Assembly: GCA_036785375.1 (NCBI GenBank)
Contig: JAWMAR010001182.1
Location: 62,001 to 126,000 of the forward strand
DNA from: Leucoraja ocellata
Lineage: Eukaryota
Length of the DNA: 64,000 nucleotides
Reading direction: 5' to 3'
The position numbers and the translations under genes are program-made. The notes under the pieces were generated by a model. It was not told where the DNA came from. It did not search any database and worked only from the letters and a program-made list of their open reading frames with translations. Shown in pieces: positions 11,846-24,829 of the stretch; position 1 is the first letter of the stretch; each line of letters begins with the position of its first letter.

Positions 11846-14220
11846 ATGAGTTGGAAGTGGCACTTGGAAGTTGAATATTACTATTATCCAATTCTGGCAG
11901 CAATCGGAGTACCCGGTAGGTGAAGGGAAAGCAGTAAGAGGGACTGAGACGTGAGATGATATGTTGATAAAAACAATGTTAAAGGTAAAGTGTAAATAGT
12001 GTGCGAAACACGGGAATGCTAGACTGCATTCTTCAGGTTAGGGCGGTATTAACTAGAAAATGTTTGTTTAAGAAATTACTGCAGTTGCTGGAGAAATCGA
12101 ATCTAGACAAAAATGCTGGAGAATTAGACAGCGGGTGAAGCGGCATCTATGAAGCGAAGGAATAGGTGACGTTTCGGGTCGAGACTGATCAGTCTGAAAA
12201 AGGGTCTCGACCCGAAACGTCACCTATTCCTTTATTAATCTACATGATCGTTGGTCGTTCATTGGATCTGGCACAGGTTAATTCTCTTCAGATTCAGGTT
12301 TAGGTGCATTGTTGTCATGTCTCTCCGGGAGCTGCAAAAAGCTTTGGTTTGCAAGAAATCCAAATTAGATCAAATAATATTAAATAACAGTACAAACAAT
12401 TCAATCTCAGTAACAGGTAGTGTAAGAGGTGAAATCGGAGTGCAGAGCGTAGTTCAAGTTTGGGAGCGCACTGCAGCGTATCACTTCCACAAAGCCCAAT
12501 GTCCGCAAGGGGATAGAGGTGAAACGGCAATGCCCTGGCATATGGAAGAGCGGCTCAGAAGCCTGACAACAGAGGGGAAAGAGCTGTTCTGGAGTCTGGT
12601 GGAGCGAGCTTTAAGCCTTCTCCATTTTCTGCCCGACGGAGCAGGAAGTAGAAGGAATGCGCGGGGTGAGACATGTCTCCGTTTCCAAAAGATTGTGAAG
12701 TGCAAACGCAGTCAACAGTGCGGAGTCCATTACGTGATATGGACCCGGCGTCTTCCAGAACCCTGTGCAATTTATTCTTTATGTGGCATAGATGGCCCCA
12801 CAACACGCTTTGTGCGGCACCGTTGTTGAGTATTATTGTGGAAGGGTGTTACCACTAATTCTCGCGGTTTATTCTTTAGGAAGTTGAGTATCCATTCGCA
12901 AGCTGGTGTGTTGAGCGCTGGGCTCTGGAGTTTATCAATGGGTTTGGATGGGAGTAGTGTTGAAGGCAAATTCTCCAGCGGAGAAATGGGAATCTTACTT
13001 TCGACTCCTTTGTTGCCCGGCTGTTCCCGGGAAGGGTTTAGGTCCAGGACGATGTCGTCTGATGCGGACAAGTTGCTGCAATATGCAGTCTGCGGTGCAT
13101 CACGGGTGGCTGGGAGACAGCTCACGCTACCTGCGTAGACCGCTGCTAACTAATCCGCACAGCTCCTTGGCAAGCACACAGGTTTGCATGTGGGCAGTTT
13201 TTTTCGAACAAATAAGCAAAGTTTGACCCCCGCCTCCAAATTTGCATCGCGTGTCCATTACATGTAACGGGTTTCCTCTTTTCTACATCCCCAGTGAACT
13301 TGCTGGCGATTGTGATCCTGTCGCGCAGAAATTGTGGTCTCTCCAAATGCACCACTCGGTACCTGGTGGCCATGGCGACTGTGGACCTCTCGGTGATCGT
13401 CTGCGAAGTGATATTACATCGGATTGCCGACCTTTACTGGGTGAACACATTCCTCTTAAACAATACTGTGTGCAGGTCCATTATGTTCCTCGCTCCCGCG
13501 GCCGTTGCCTGTTCTGTTTGGCTCACGGTCGCTTTCACATTTGATCGCTTTGTGGCCATTTCCACTCAGAATCTGAGAACCAGATACTGCACTGAGAGAA
13601 CCGCGGTGGTGGTTATAGTGACCCTAACTGCGTTCTTCTGTTTACAGAACGTCCCCTGGCCGTTTGCGTACATTTATTATCTCAGGGATCAGCAGGGTAC
13701 ACTGTGGGGTTGCCGAGTACGATATCAGTTTTATAGCCTATCCTTGTGGATAACATTTTCCTGGACTCAACAGCTGCTAGTCCCAGTCATTCCATTTTGT
13801 TTGATTATGATGATGAACGTGCTCACAGTCAGACGCATTTTAGTGGCCAGTCGTGTCCGCAGAAAACTCCGCGATCTCAGTGGTGAGGACCCCGAGATCG
13901 CAAACCGCAGACGGTCCGTAATTTTACTCCTTGCAATCTCCAGCAGTTTTATGCTGCTCTGGGGCACAAATGTAGTATATTTCGTTTTCTATCGAATTAC
14001 GAATGCATTTATGTTCAGGGGGTTGATGAACCGATTTGCAACATTTGAACAAACTGGAATACTGCTACAACTGTTGAACACCTGCACAAACACGCTCATT
14101 TACACCGTGACCCAGAGGAGGTTCAGAGAGCAGCTGTTCCAGGTACTCATATACCCCTTCACCCTAACTGTATGTTTAATAAAATCGAGAAACCGGTGTA
14201 AAATAACATTACATTACTAA
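11846..14220 (+). CDS. Class A (rhodopsin-like) GPCR, GPR139/GPR142-like, copy 1; exon1 11846-11915, exon2 13295-14220; 331 aa
   Basis: Exon1 reads MSWKWHLEVEYYYYPILAAIGVP+G followed by a GTAGGT donor. A pyrimidine-rich CCCAG acceptor at 13294 gives the phase-1 join G|TG (Val) into NLLAIVILS. Seven hydrophobic segments, TM2 AMATVD, TM3 TFDRFVAI, Cys at the top of TM3 and in ECL2 (WGC), TM7 NTLIY. Family call from memory of similar proteins. Confidence 0.9.
12157..12232 (+). repeat. Penelope-like-element-derived hairpin in GPCR1 intron (hammerhead core mutated: CTGAAAA)
   Basis: 29-bp inverted arms AAGGAATAGGTGACGTTTCGGGTCGAGAC / GTCTCGACCCGAAACGTCACCTATTCCTT. Confidence 0.7.
12290..13140 (-). 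mobile_element. Decayed Rex1/Babar-like LINE remnant in the GPCR intron (shared by all four copies)
   Basis: Minus-strand reading PSGRKWRRLKARSTRLQNSSFPSVVRLL resembles the Rex1 C-terminus also seen at 46445-46879; TCAGA-type tail at ~12290. Confidence 0.5.
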
Positions 14221-14637
14221 TCCCACCGTGAGTCAGTGCAGAAACTAGGTAATGAAGGAGTTTTGTCTGAAAGCTTTCCGCATCAATTTTCAAAAACATA
14301 GCTGAGAAATATATTCTGAACGCGTCCCCTGCACTGGAATGTACATTTGGCCATCTATTTAACATGCAACACGGGCGCGTTGTTCAAAGTGCCCAGTGGG
14401 AAGGGCGGCCACATGGAACGAGTGCTATGTTGTACTGGAGCAGACCTCCAATGAATCCGGAATTGAGCCTCGCCGTTAACTGTCTCCACATTCCTTTGAA
14501 TCCAGCGGCAACGTCTCCAGCACGCAATGAAAACAGACATAGAGTTATGGTCCTAAACATTGCATGCTCCATTACTCTACAATTCTTTGAGCCGTTCCAT
14601 GGTTACGTATGTAAATGCCCGGTGCACCAATGTGTTT

Positions 14638-14643
14638 AATAAA
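14638..14643 (+). terminator. Putative GPCR polyadenylation signal AATAAA (also 27629, 43490, 59896-59901 on -)
   Basis: AATAAA ~420-435 nt after the stop codon in all four copies. Confidence 0.4.
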
Positions 14644-14904
14644 ATTCTTGTTGCAACATTTACGATAGTGAGAGTTCCATTTTATATTTGTTTCTCGCAC
14701 TGAATGTAATGCCTCATTGCTTCTTACAGAGGCCTTCGGCTTTCAGTACAATTAGTAATTCTGCACCTGATGCAGCCAAAGGTAGTCGGTGCCGTTCAAA
14801 CAAGTTGGCATTACTAACTATACTTTTAATGGAAGCAGAGTGTCACAAGCTAGTGTCCAGTAGAGGGCTGTAAGGTGAGTAAGTACAATTCTTCCTGCAA
14901 CATT

Positions 14905-15415
14905 TCAATTCAATTCAGTTCAATTCAACTTTATTGTCATTGCACAGATACAAGTACGGGTACAACGAAATGCAGTTTAGCGTCAGTCCGTGGTAATAGT
15001 GCAACATAGAAATAAAAATTCAGAATAAGCAAACAATGTGGACGGAGAGACTGGAGAAATCTATCGGCGGGACTCCGAGTTCAGCAATGTGATAGTGTTC
15101 TTGTAGAAGCTGTTCCTCATCCTACTGGTACGAGACCCGAGGCTCCTGTACCGCCTACCTCATGGGAGGTGGGCAAACAGTCCATGGTTAGGGTGGGAGG
15201 GTTCTTTGATGAACTTCCCGGCCCGTCTCAGACACCGTTTTCGGTGCAGGGCATCCATGGCAGGGAGCGGGGCACCGATGATGTACTGAGCGGTTTTCAC
15301 CACCCGTTGTAGTGCCTTCCTGTCCGCTACGGTGCAACTGCTGTACCATACCGTGAAGCAGGTGGTCAGGATGCTTTCGATAGTACAGCGGTAAAAGTTG
15401 GTCAGGATCTGACCA
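14905..15415 (-). mobile_element. Rex1/Babar-like LINE 3' fragment with (TTGAA)n tail
   Basis: Minus strand reads ILTNFYRCTIESILTTCFTVWYSSC..DRKALQRVVK; TTCAA repeats at ~14905-14930. Confidence 0.7.
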
Positions 15416-18400
15416 ACTTTACATTACGTTAATGAGAGTTCCATGTTATATTTGTTTCTCGCACTGAATGTAATGCCTCGTCGCATCTTACAGAGGCTTT
15501 CGGTTTTCAGTACAATTAGTATTTCAGTATCAGATGCAGCCAAATGTAGTGAGTGGGTGTTATTCATACAAGTTGGCATTACTAATTATATTTTTAATGC
15601 AAGCAATGAGTAACAAGGGAGTGTCCAGTAGAGGGCGGTAAAGTGAGTAAGTTCACCTGTGTGGTAAAGAGATGCTGAATCGATTTGCATTAATGTCCCA
15701 CCTCCATTGATACAGCGCCGACGCTGGAACTCTGCCTATTGGAGATTCGAGTGAGTGCTCACAGTCGGATTTATCTCCTCCCGCAGGGCAAGGAAATGTG
15801 AGAAATGCATTAATTTATTTTCTTCACCGATGGCGGCTGAGATTTGTATAGCTCCAAATTTGAGTTGAGTTTTCTCTCTCCAAATCCTCCGCTCCCGACG
15901 CGGTAACGATTACATTTTTACATATTCTGATTGGCATTGTCCCTCCCGAGGCCGAAAATACCTTCGCTGAACATGTTATGCTTTATTTCTCGACATTACT
16001 GCTTTAAGTAAAAAAAAAAATCAAAAGACTGAATTGAAAACGACTAGCTTCAACTGATGACGTCACAATGGCTCGGCTAGCAGTGATCAGCTTCACTTAC
16101 GTTCGGGAACGGCTTGAGTTGGGGGACCACGCCTCCTGTGGGGCTACGGGTAGGGAACGGGTGCGTTGGGGGAGCAGCCCCTATCGTAGCCTCCCATAAC
16201 GTTATATACTTCAACCAGATCTTCCTGCAATCTCCGACATTCCAGAGGGAAAGAATCCAAATATGACCAATCTCTCCCTGCACCGCTAATCCAGCCACCA
16301 TTCCGGTAAATGAGCAACTGCGACTCCAAAACACGCTGTTCTTATTAAAGGTGTCCATCTTGCATAGTTGGCAAATACATTCACTAATGGCTGTATTACT
16401 GGTCACCAATTAGTACAGCGTGCTAGTTTAGTTAGTTTACATTAGTTCATGATAGGTGTCTACAGGGTAGACTGTCCAAACTTTGATTTTCCCAACGGTC
16501 GGTTCTACCCGGGATGGCTGGTCTGGCAGATGTTGAAATAATGGAGTGACTGGGCTTGTATATATTGGAATTATTGAGGGTTTGGACACGCTCGATGCAG
16601 GAAACATGTTCCCGATGTTGGGAGAAGTCCAGAACCAGGTCCACGGTTTAATAATAAGGGGTAAGCCATTTAAATGGAGATACCGAAACAAATTTTCACA
16701 CATAGTACTGAGTCTGTGGAGGCCGGTTCTCTGGATACTGTCAAGAGAGAGCTAGATAGGTCTTTTAAAGATAGTGGTGTCAGGGGGAAAGGGGAGAAGA
16801 CAGGAACGGGGTACTGATTGTGGATGATCAACCTTGATCACATTGAATGGCGGTGGTGGCTCGAAGGGCGAATGGCCTACTCCTGCACTTATTGTCTATT
16901 GAAATGAAACTTATCAGCTAATTTCCAACTGTTCATATCTGCAGGACCTTCTCTCTCTGCTTCCAGACCCATAAACTAATTTATTGCACAAACACATGTG
17001 TTACTTTTTAAGCTAGGGTGCTCAACATTTGCAAGTAAATTAACAGGCACAACACAGGGTAATGTGCAGGAATGTTTCGTGGAACACCTCCGCTAAATTC
17101 GCATAAAACTGCATGATCTCCCGCTTGCTAAATAGCCTACAACTTATTCTTAAACTGTGGTCCCTAGGCCTGGACCCTCTCAACATCGGGAACATGGTTC
17201 CTGCCTCCAACCTGTCCAATCCTTTAATAATCTTTTATGTTTCAAAAAGACCCCCTCTCATCCTACTAAATTCCAGTGTATACAAGACCAGCCGCTCCAT
17301 TATATCCGCATATGATAGTCCCGCCGTCCCGGGAATTAACCTCGTGAACCTACGGTGCACTCCTTCAATAGCAAGAATGTCGTTCCTCAAATCTGGAGAC
17401 CAAAAATGCACACAATACTCGTGGTGTGGCCTCACTAGGGCCCTGTACAACTGCAGAATGGCCTCTTTACTCCAATACCCAATTCCTCTTGTTATGAAGG
17501 CCAACGTGCAGTTAGATTTCTTCACTGTCTGCTGTACCCGCATGCTTATTTTCAGTGAGTGATGAACAAGGACACCAAGTGATACCCATCACCTTCTCAA
17601 GTGCAAAAGTTTCCCTCCCGTTCCTGTTAAATATTTCCCCTCTCACCTTTAACCCAATTCCTCTGGTTCTTGATTCTCCAACTCTGGGTAAAGGACAAGA
17701 TACAAGATACATTTATTTGTCACATGTACCAGTGTGTGGTCAACATACAACCATACAATAAAATAAAGAACACAACACACGATAGAGGCCAACATAAAAC
17801 ATCCCCACACAGCAGAATAAAGTTTCCCACTGTGATTCACGTGTGATTCACGTTGTCCAATCCGCTAATGACTTCATACACTCTGCCTCGTGCGCCCAAG
17901 GAACATAGGCTCAAGATATCGGAGATCCGCTGTGGACACAGGCCCTTCGTCCCACACAATCTGCGCTTACCATCGATCACCCCATACAGTAGCACTGTAC
18001 TACAAGCTGGAAACAATTTACTATTTATAGACATTAAAAATAAACTAGATTCTCTCTCTAGTGGAATCATCCTCTCCACGTCCATTCTATGCAAACCTTT
18101 CACGATTCGGTAAGTTTCAATGTGGTCCCCCCCTGATGCTTCCAGTCTCCAGCGAGTACAGGCTCAGTGTCTTCAAACGATCAACATATTTTAACTGCCT
18201 CATTCTTGAAATCGTTGTTGTAAACGTCCTCTGGACCCTCTCCGCAGCTGGCTCATCCTTCCTCAGATATGGTACCCACAATTGGTCACAATACTCAAAG
18301 GCGACCTGACCAGCGCCTTTGTAGTGCCTCAGTATTACATACCTGGTGTTGTATTCTTTCCCGATGGAAGTAAATGCTAGCATTGCGTTTGCCTTCTTTG

Positions 18401-19898
18401 CTACCAATTCGATTTGCAAATTACCTGGTTTGGGAATCCTGCACTAGCCCTCTCATGTCCCTTTGCACCTTCGATTTCTTGATTCTCTCCCCATTTTTTG
18501 AAATATTCTACGCCTTCTACCAAAATGCTGACTCCACACTTTGTTACTCAATATTCCATCTGCCACTTCTCTACCCACTCTCCCAACCTATCCAAGTCCT
18601 TATGTAAAGACCCAGTTTTCTCTCCACCACCTGTGTATGGAGCATGCTGCCGGTGAAGGTAGTTGAGGCAGGTACTGTCGCAACGTTTAAGAAATATTGC
18701 GACAGGGACATGGATAAGATATGTTAACAGGAATATGGGCCAATCGTAGGCAGGTGGGGGTGTGCAGATGGGGTACATTTTTGATCGTGGGCAGGTTGGG
18801 CCGGGAGACTATTTTTCACGCTGTATGACACTAGATCTCTATGCCAAGATCGAAGGACAACAAGTCATGTTGAGCGTGGCCCCTTGGACAAGAGTGACCA
18901 TAATATGGTTGAGTTCTTCATTATGATGGAGAGTGACATTTTCAATTTAGAAACAAGGATTCTGAAGTTAAAGCAAAGTAACTTTGAGGGTATGAGACGT
19001 GAATTGGCCAAGGTTGATTGGCATTTGATTCTTAAAGGGTTGACGGTGGATATGCAATGGAAGGCATTTAAAGACTGCATGGATGAACTACAACAATTGT
19101 TCATCCCAGTTTGGCAAAATAATAAATCAGGGAAGGTAGTGCATCCGTGGATAACAAGGGAAATCAGGATAGTATCAAAACAAAAGATGAAGCGTACAAA
19201 TTAGCAAGAAAATGCAGCCTACCAGAGGACTGGGAGAAATTTTCGAGTCCAGCAGAGGAGGAGAAAGGGCTTAATTAGGAAATGGAACATAGATTACTGG
19301 CAGGCAACATAAAAACGGACTGCAAATGTGTATATAGATATGTGAAGAGAAAACGATTAGTTAAAACAATTGTAGGTCATTTGCAGTCAGAAACAGGTGA
19401 ATTGATCATAGGGAACAAGGACATGGCAGACCAATTGAATAACTACATTGGTTCTGTCTTCAGTAAGGAAGACATAAATAATCTGCCGGAAATAGTAGGG
19501 GACCGCGGGATAAGTGAGATTGGGGAACTGAGTGAAATCCAGGTTAGCCGAAAGCGGTGTGAGGTAAATTGAATGGATTAAAGGCTGATAAACCCCCAGG
19601 GCCAGATAGGCCGCATCCCAGAGTACTTAAGGAAGTAGCCACAGAAATAGTGGATGCATTAGTGATCATTTTTAAAAACTCCTTAGATTCTGGAGTGGTT
19701 CCTGTGGATTGCGGGTAGCTAATTTAACCCCACTTTAAAAAAAGTAGGGAGAGAGAAAACTGGGAATTACAGACCAGTTAATCTAGCATCGGTAGTGGGG
19801 AAACTGCTAGAGTCTGTTATTAAAGATGGGATAGCAGCACATTTGGAAAGTGGTGAAATCATTGGAGAAAGTCAGCATGGATTTACGAAAGGCAAATC

Positions 19899-20626
19899 CA
19901 GTTGAGCAGAGGGATCTGGGAATAACCGTGCATAGTTCCTTGAAGATGGAATATCATATAGATAGGATGGTAAAGAAAGCTTTCGGTATGCTATACTTTA
20001 TAAATCAGAGCATTGAGTATAGAAGCTGGGATGTAATGTTAAAATTGTACAAGGGATTGGTGAGACCAAATCTGGAGTATGGTGTACAATTTTGGTCGCC
20101 CAATTATAGGAAAGATGTCAACAAAATAGAGAGAGTACAGAGGAGATTTACTAGAATGTTGCCTGGGTTTCAACTACTAAGTTACAGAGATAGGTTGAAT
20201 AAGTTAGGTCTTTATTCTCTGGAGCGCAGAATGTTAAGGGGGGACTTGATAGAAGTCTTTAAAATGATGAGAGGGATATACAGAGTTGATGTGGACAAGC
20301 TTTCCCCTTTGAGAATAGGGAAGATTCAAACAAGAGGACATGATTTCAGAATTAAGGGACGTAAGTTTAGGGGTAACATGAGGGGGGACTTCTTTACTCA
20401 GAGAATGGTAGCGGTGTGGAATGAGCTTCCAGTGGAAGTGGTGGAGGCAGGTTCGTTGGTATCATTTAAGAATAAATTGGATAGGCATATGGGTGAGAAG
20501 GGAATGGAGTGTTATGGTATGAGTGCAGGCAGGTGGGACTAAGGGAAAAAAAATTGTTCGGCACGGACTTGTAGGGCCGAGATGGCCTGTTTCCGTGCTG
20601 TAATTGTTATATGGTTATATGGTTAT
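19899..20626 (+). mobile_element. 5'-truncated CR1 family B insertion
   Basis: Near-identical to ~22000-22724; ends in (TTATATGG)n tail. Confidence 0.9.
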
Positions 20627-21057
20627 ATGTCTGACGAATCTTATGGAATTTAACGAGGATGTAACTAATGGAGTGGGTAAGGGAGAACCAGTGGATGTGT
20701 TATATCTGGACTTCCAGAAGGCTTTCGACAAGGTCCCACATTAGAGATTAGTATACAAACTTAAAGCACACGGTATTGGAGGTTCAGTATTGATGTGGAT
20801 AGAGAACTGGCTTGCAAACAGGAAGCAAAGAGTAGGAGTAAACGGGTCCTTTTCAGAATGGCAGGCAGTGACTAGTGGAGTGCCGCAAGGCTCGGTGCTG
20901 GGACCTCAGCTATTCACAATATATATTAATGATTTGGACGAGGGAATTGAATGCAACATCTCCAAGTTTGCGATGACACGAAGCTGGGGGGCAATTGTAG
21001 CTGTGAGGATGATGCTAAGATGCTAATGCTAATTATGCTAAGATGATGCTAATTATG

Positions 21058-22724
21058 TGAGGTAAGGGAAACTAGTAGAGTAGCTATGGATACTATGAGT
21101 TTCAAAGCAAATGAAGTACTGACACTTTTGAAAAATATAAAAGTGGATAAGTCTCCAGGTCCTGACAATATATTCCCTAGGACATTGAGGGAAGTTAGTG
21201 TAGAAATAGCCGGGGCTATGACAGAAATATTTCAAATGTCATTAGAAACGGGAATAGTCCCCGAGGATTGGCGTACTGCGCATGTTGTTCCATTGTTTAA
21301 AAAGGGTTCTAAGAGTGAACCTAGCAATTATAGACCTGTTAGTTTGACTTCAGTGGTGGGCAAATTAATGGAAAAGATACTTAGAGACAATATATATAAG
21401 CATCTAGATAAACAGGGTCTGATTAGGAACAGTCAACATGGATTTGTGCCTGGAAGGTCATGTTTGACTAATCTTCTTGAATTTTTTGAAGAGGTTACTA
21501 GGGAAATTGACGAGGGTAAAGCAGTGGATGTTGTCTATATAGACTTTAGTAAGGCCTTTGACAAGGTTCCTCATGGAAGGTTGGTTAAGAAGGTTCAACT
21601 GTTGGGTATAAATGCAGGAATAGCAAGATGGATTCAACAGTGGCTGAATGGGAGAAGCCAGAGGGTAATGGTGGATGGCTGTTTATCGGGTTGGAGGCAG
21701 GTGACTAGTGGGGTGCCTCAGGGATCTGTGTTGGGTCCTTTGTTGTTTGTCATGTACACCAATGATCTGGATGAAGGTGTGGTAAATTGGATTAGTAAGT
21801 ATGCAGATGATACCAAGATAGGGGGTGTTGTGGATAATGAAGAGGATTTCCAAAGTCTACAGAGTGATTTAGGCCATTTGGAAAAATGGGCTGAAAGATG
21901 GAAGATGGAGTTTAATGCTGATAAATGTGAGGTGCTACACCTTGGCAGGACAAATCAAAATAGGACGTACATGGTAAATGGTAGGGAATTGAAGAATACA
22001 GTTGAACAGAGGGATCTGGGTATAACCGTGCATAGTTCCTTGAAGGTGGAATCTCATATAGATAGGGTGGTAAAGAAAGCTTTTGGTATGCTAGCCTTTA
22101 TAAATCAGAGCATTGAGTATAGAAGCTGGGATGTAATGTTAAAATTGTACAAGGCATTGGTGAGACCAAATCTGGAGTATGGTGTACAATTTTGGTCGCC
22201 AAATTATAGGAAGGATGTCAACAAAATAGAGAGAGTACAGAGGAGATTTACTAGAATGTTGCCTGGGTTTCAACAACTAAGTTACAGAGATAGGTTGAAT
22301 AAGTTAGGTCTTTATTCTCTGGAGCGCAGAAGATTAAGGGGGGACCTGATAGAGGTCTTTAAAATGATGAGAGGGATAGACAGAGTTGATGTGGACAAGC
22401 TTTTCCCTTTGAGAATAGGGAAGATTCAAACAAGAGGACATGACTTCAGAATTAAGGGACAGAAGTTTAGGGGTAATATGAGGGGGAACTTCTTTATGCA
22501 GAGAGTGGTGGCGGTGTGGAATGAGCTCCCAGTGGAAGTGGTGGAGGCAGGTTCATTGGTATCATTTAAAAATGAATTGGATAGGCATATGGATGAGAAG
22601 GGAATGGAGGGTTATGGTACGAGTGCAGACAGGTGGGACTAAGGGGAAAAAAATTGTTCGGCGTGGACTTGTAGGGCCGAGATGGCCTGTTTCCGTGCTG
22701 TAATTGTTATATGGTTATATGGTT
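21058..22724 (+). mobile_element. Young CR1 family B insertion with an uninterrupted 518-aa RT ORF (21086-22642)
   Basis: [23 protein letters not shown] and YADD motifs; (TTATATGG)n tail; no endonuclease domain (5'-truncated). Confidence 0.95.
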
Positions 22725-24829
22725 AAGAGGCTGCAGGGTGACTTGGATAGGCTGGGTGAGTGGGAAAATGCATGGCAGATGCAATATAATGTGTATACAT
22801 GTGAGGTTATCCACTTTGGTGGCAAACCCAAGAAAGTAGACTATTGTCTGAATGGTAGCCGATTAGGAAAAGGGGAGATGCAACGAGACCTGGGTGTCAT
22901 GGTACACCAGTCATTTAAAGTAGACATGCAGGTGCAGCAGGCAGTGAAGAAAGCGAATGGTATGTTAGCATTCATAGAAAAATGATTTGAGTATAGGAGA
23001 CAACACCAGGAGTATTGCGTACAGTTTGTTCTCCAAATCTGAGGAAAGACATTCTTACCATAGAGGGAGTACAGAGAAGGTTCACCAGACTGACTCCTGG
23101 GATGTCAGGACTTTCATATGAAGAACGACTTGATAGACTCGGCTTGTACTCGCTACATTTTAGAAGATTGAGGGGGGGTCTTATAGAAACTTACAAAATT
23201 CTTAAGGGGTTGGACAGGCTAGATGCAGGAAGATTGTCCCCGTTGTTGGGGAAGTCCAGGACAAGGGGTGACAGTTGAACGATAAAGGGGAATTATTTTT
23301 GGTCCCAGATGAGAAAAACATTTTTTTCACACAGAGAGTGGTGAATCTCTGGAACCCTCTGCCACAGAAGGTAGTTGAGGCCAGTTCATTGGCTATATTT
23401 AAGAGGGGGTTTGATATGGCCCTTGTGGGTAAAGGGATCAGGGGGTATGGAAAAAAAGCAGGAACAGGATACTGAGTTGGATGATCAGCCATGATCATAT
23501 TGAATGGCGGTCAGCCTCGAAGGGCCGAATGGCCTACTCCTGCAACTATTTTTATGTTTCTATTTGTCTATGTTAATTGGCTTGATAAAAAAAAAGTTAA
23601 ATTATCCAACTTGGCGATATGCAGAGTACTGCCCTGCCTACTTCAAAATTCAGAAAGTTCAGTAGGTAATACTTGAACTGATCATCTTCTCATATTTTAA
23701 CCCTCCATAACTCATCATGGTTTTGTTCGCTGCAGAGGGAAAACAATTCTGCATTATCCAGTCCATCTCACAATTCACACTGCCAAATACTAGCATCATT
23801 CGTGTGAGGAGAGTTGCATCCTCCCTAGTTTAAATTGATCCGTAATTCATTATTTCGAAAAATAATATCCCTGTTCCTGTGCTGTACTGCATTGTGAAGT
23901 TCCTTTTCCTGCGAATTCCTTAGGTCGAGTGCAGCAAACATGACACTTCTTTCTTAGGTCAAATCTTTCTTCAGAATGATCTATCCCCAAACATTTACAG
24001 CCGATCAGACCCATTCAATTCGTTCTATCATCTTGCACATCAACATTCGTGATATCTCAAAAGGATTAATGCATTGAGAATATTTCGCCCTAATATCTGG
24101 AATAACACCAACAGCTGTTCACCTCTGTGTTTTATGATTTAACACATTCATTTAAAGATAGCCTGTTGATCAATAATATTTCTAGCCGCTGTTTATTTCC
24201 AGTCAGTTGTCACATTACACATTATATTCGCCTATTCTTTACTTCATGAAGTGGCAACAGTTGAAATACATTAATGCTGCTGTTGTAGCTGAATTGTATA
24301 CGATGTCGTCTAGAAGGTTCCCTGTGGTTTACATCATTTAGACCCTGCCAAAATATGATTATCTTTCCTTTTGAAAGGCAGCTCCACGGATATTGCAAGA
24401 TGAAATTATTAATGGGTGCATGTTAAATGAAGGGAACGGTTTCTGGAAAATGCATTGCAAATGCGACAAGTAATATACTGCATTACATCGCAGCATGTGT
24501 GGATAAATGCTACAATACACGAATTTTGCTGCATATGTGTGCCATGCGTTAAAATTAAAAAATAGAATGATGACTCGTATTTTACAGTTCCTTTGTTCTG
24601 TTGGTGCTCAGCTGGTGCCTGAGTAGTGAGCGGTCGCATAATGAGTTTGATCGCGTTGCATCACCTGGGAGCAAACTGTTTGTTCAACGGTCCACAATAA
24701 ATGTCCGCGGGGAGGTGAACGCACGCAGTCCTTAAGTTTTTCAAAGAATATAAATATAGCGGTGTTTGACTTCTCACTTTGACTCCTATAAGTTTTGCAC
24801 TGCATAACTGCGGACGGCTTGAAGGAAAA

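Larger units (their letters stand above)
18868..23570 (+). mobile_element. CR1 family A element split by two CR1 family B insertions (A parts 18868-19898, 20627-21020, 22724-23570)
   Basis: Family A sequence is collinear across both insertions (GGCAAATC|ATGTCTGACG; GATGCTAAGA|GGCTGCAG). Confidence 0.9.

Noticed and set aside
12251-12829. Recurrent ~190-aa ORFs (also 25232-25804, 41154-41723)
   Set aside because: Antisense frame of a decayed LINE inside the GPCR intron; recurrence is due to duplication, and the frame is broken in copy 4.
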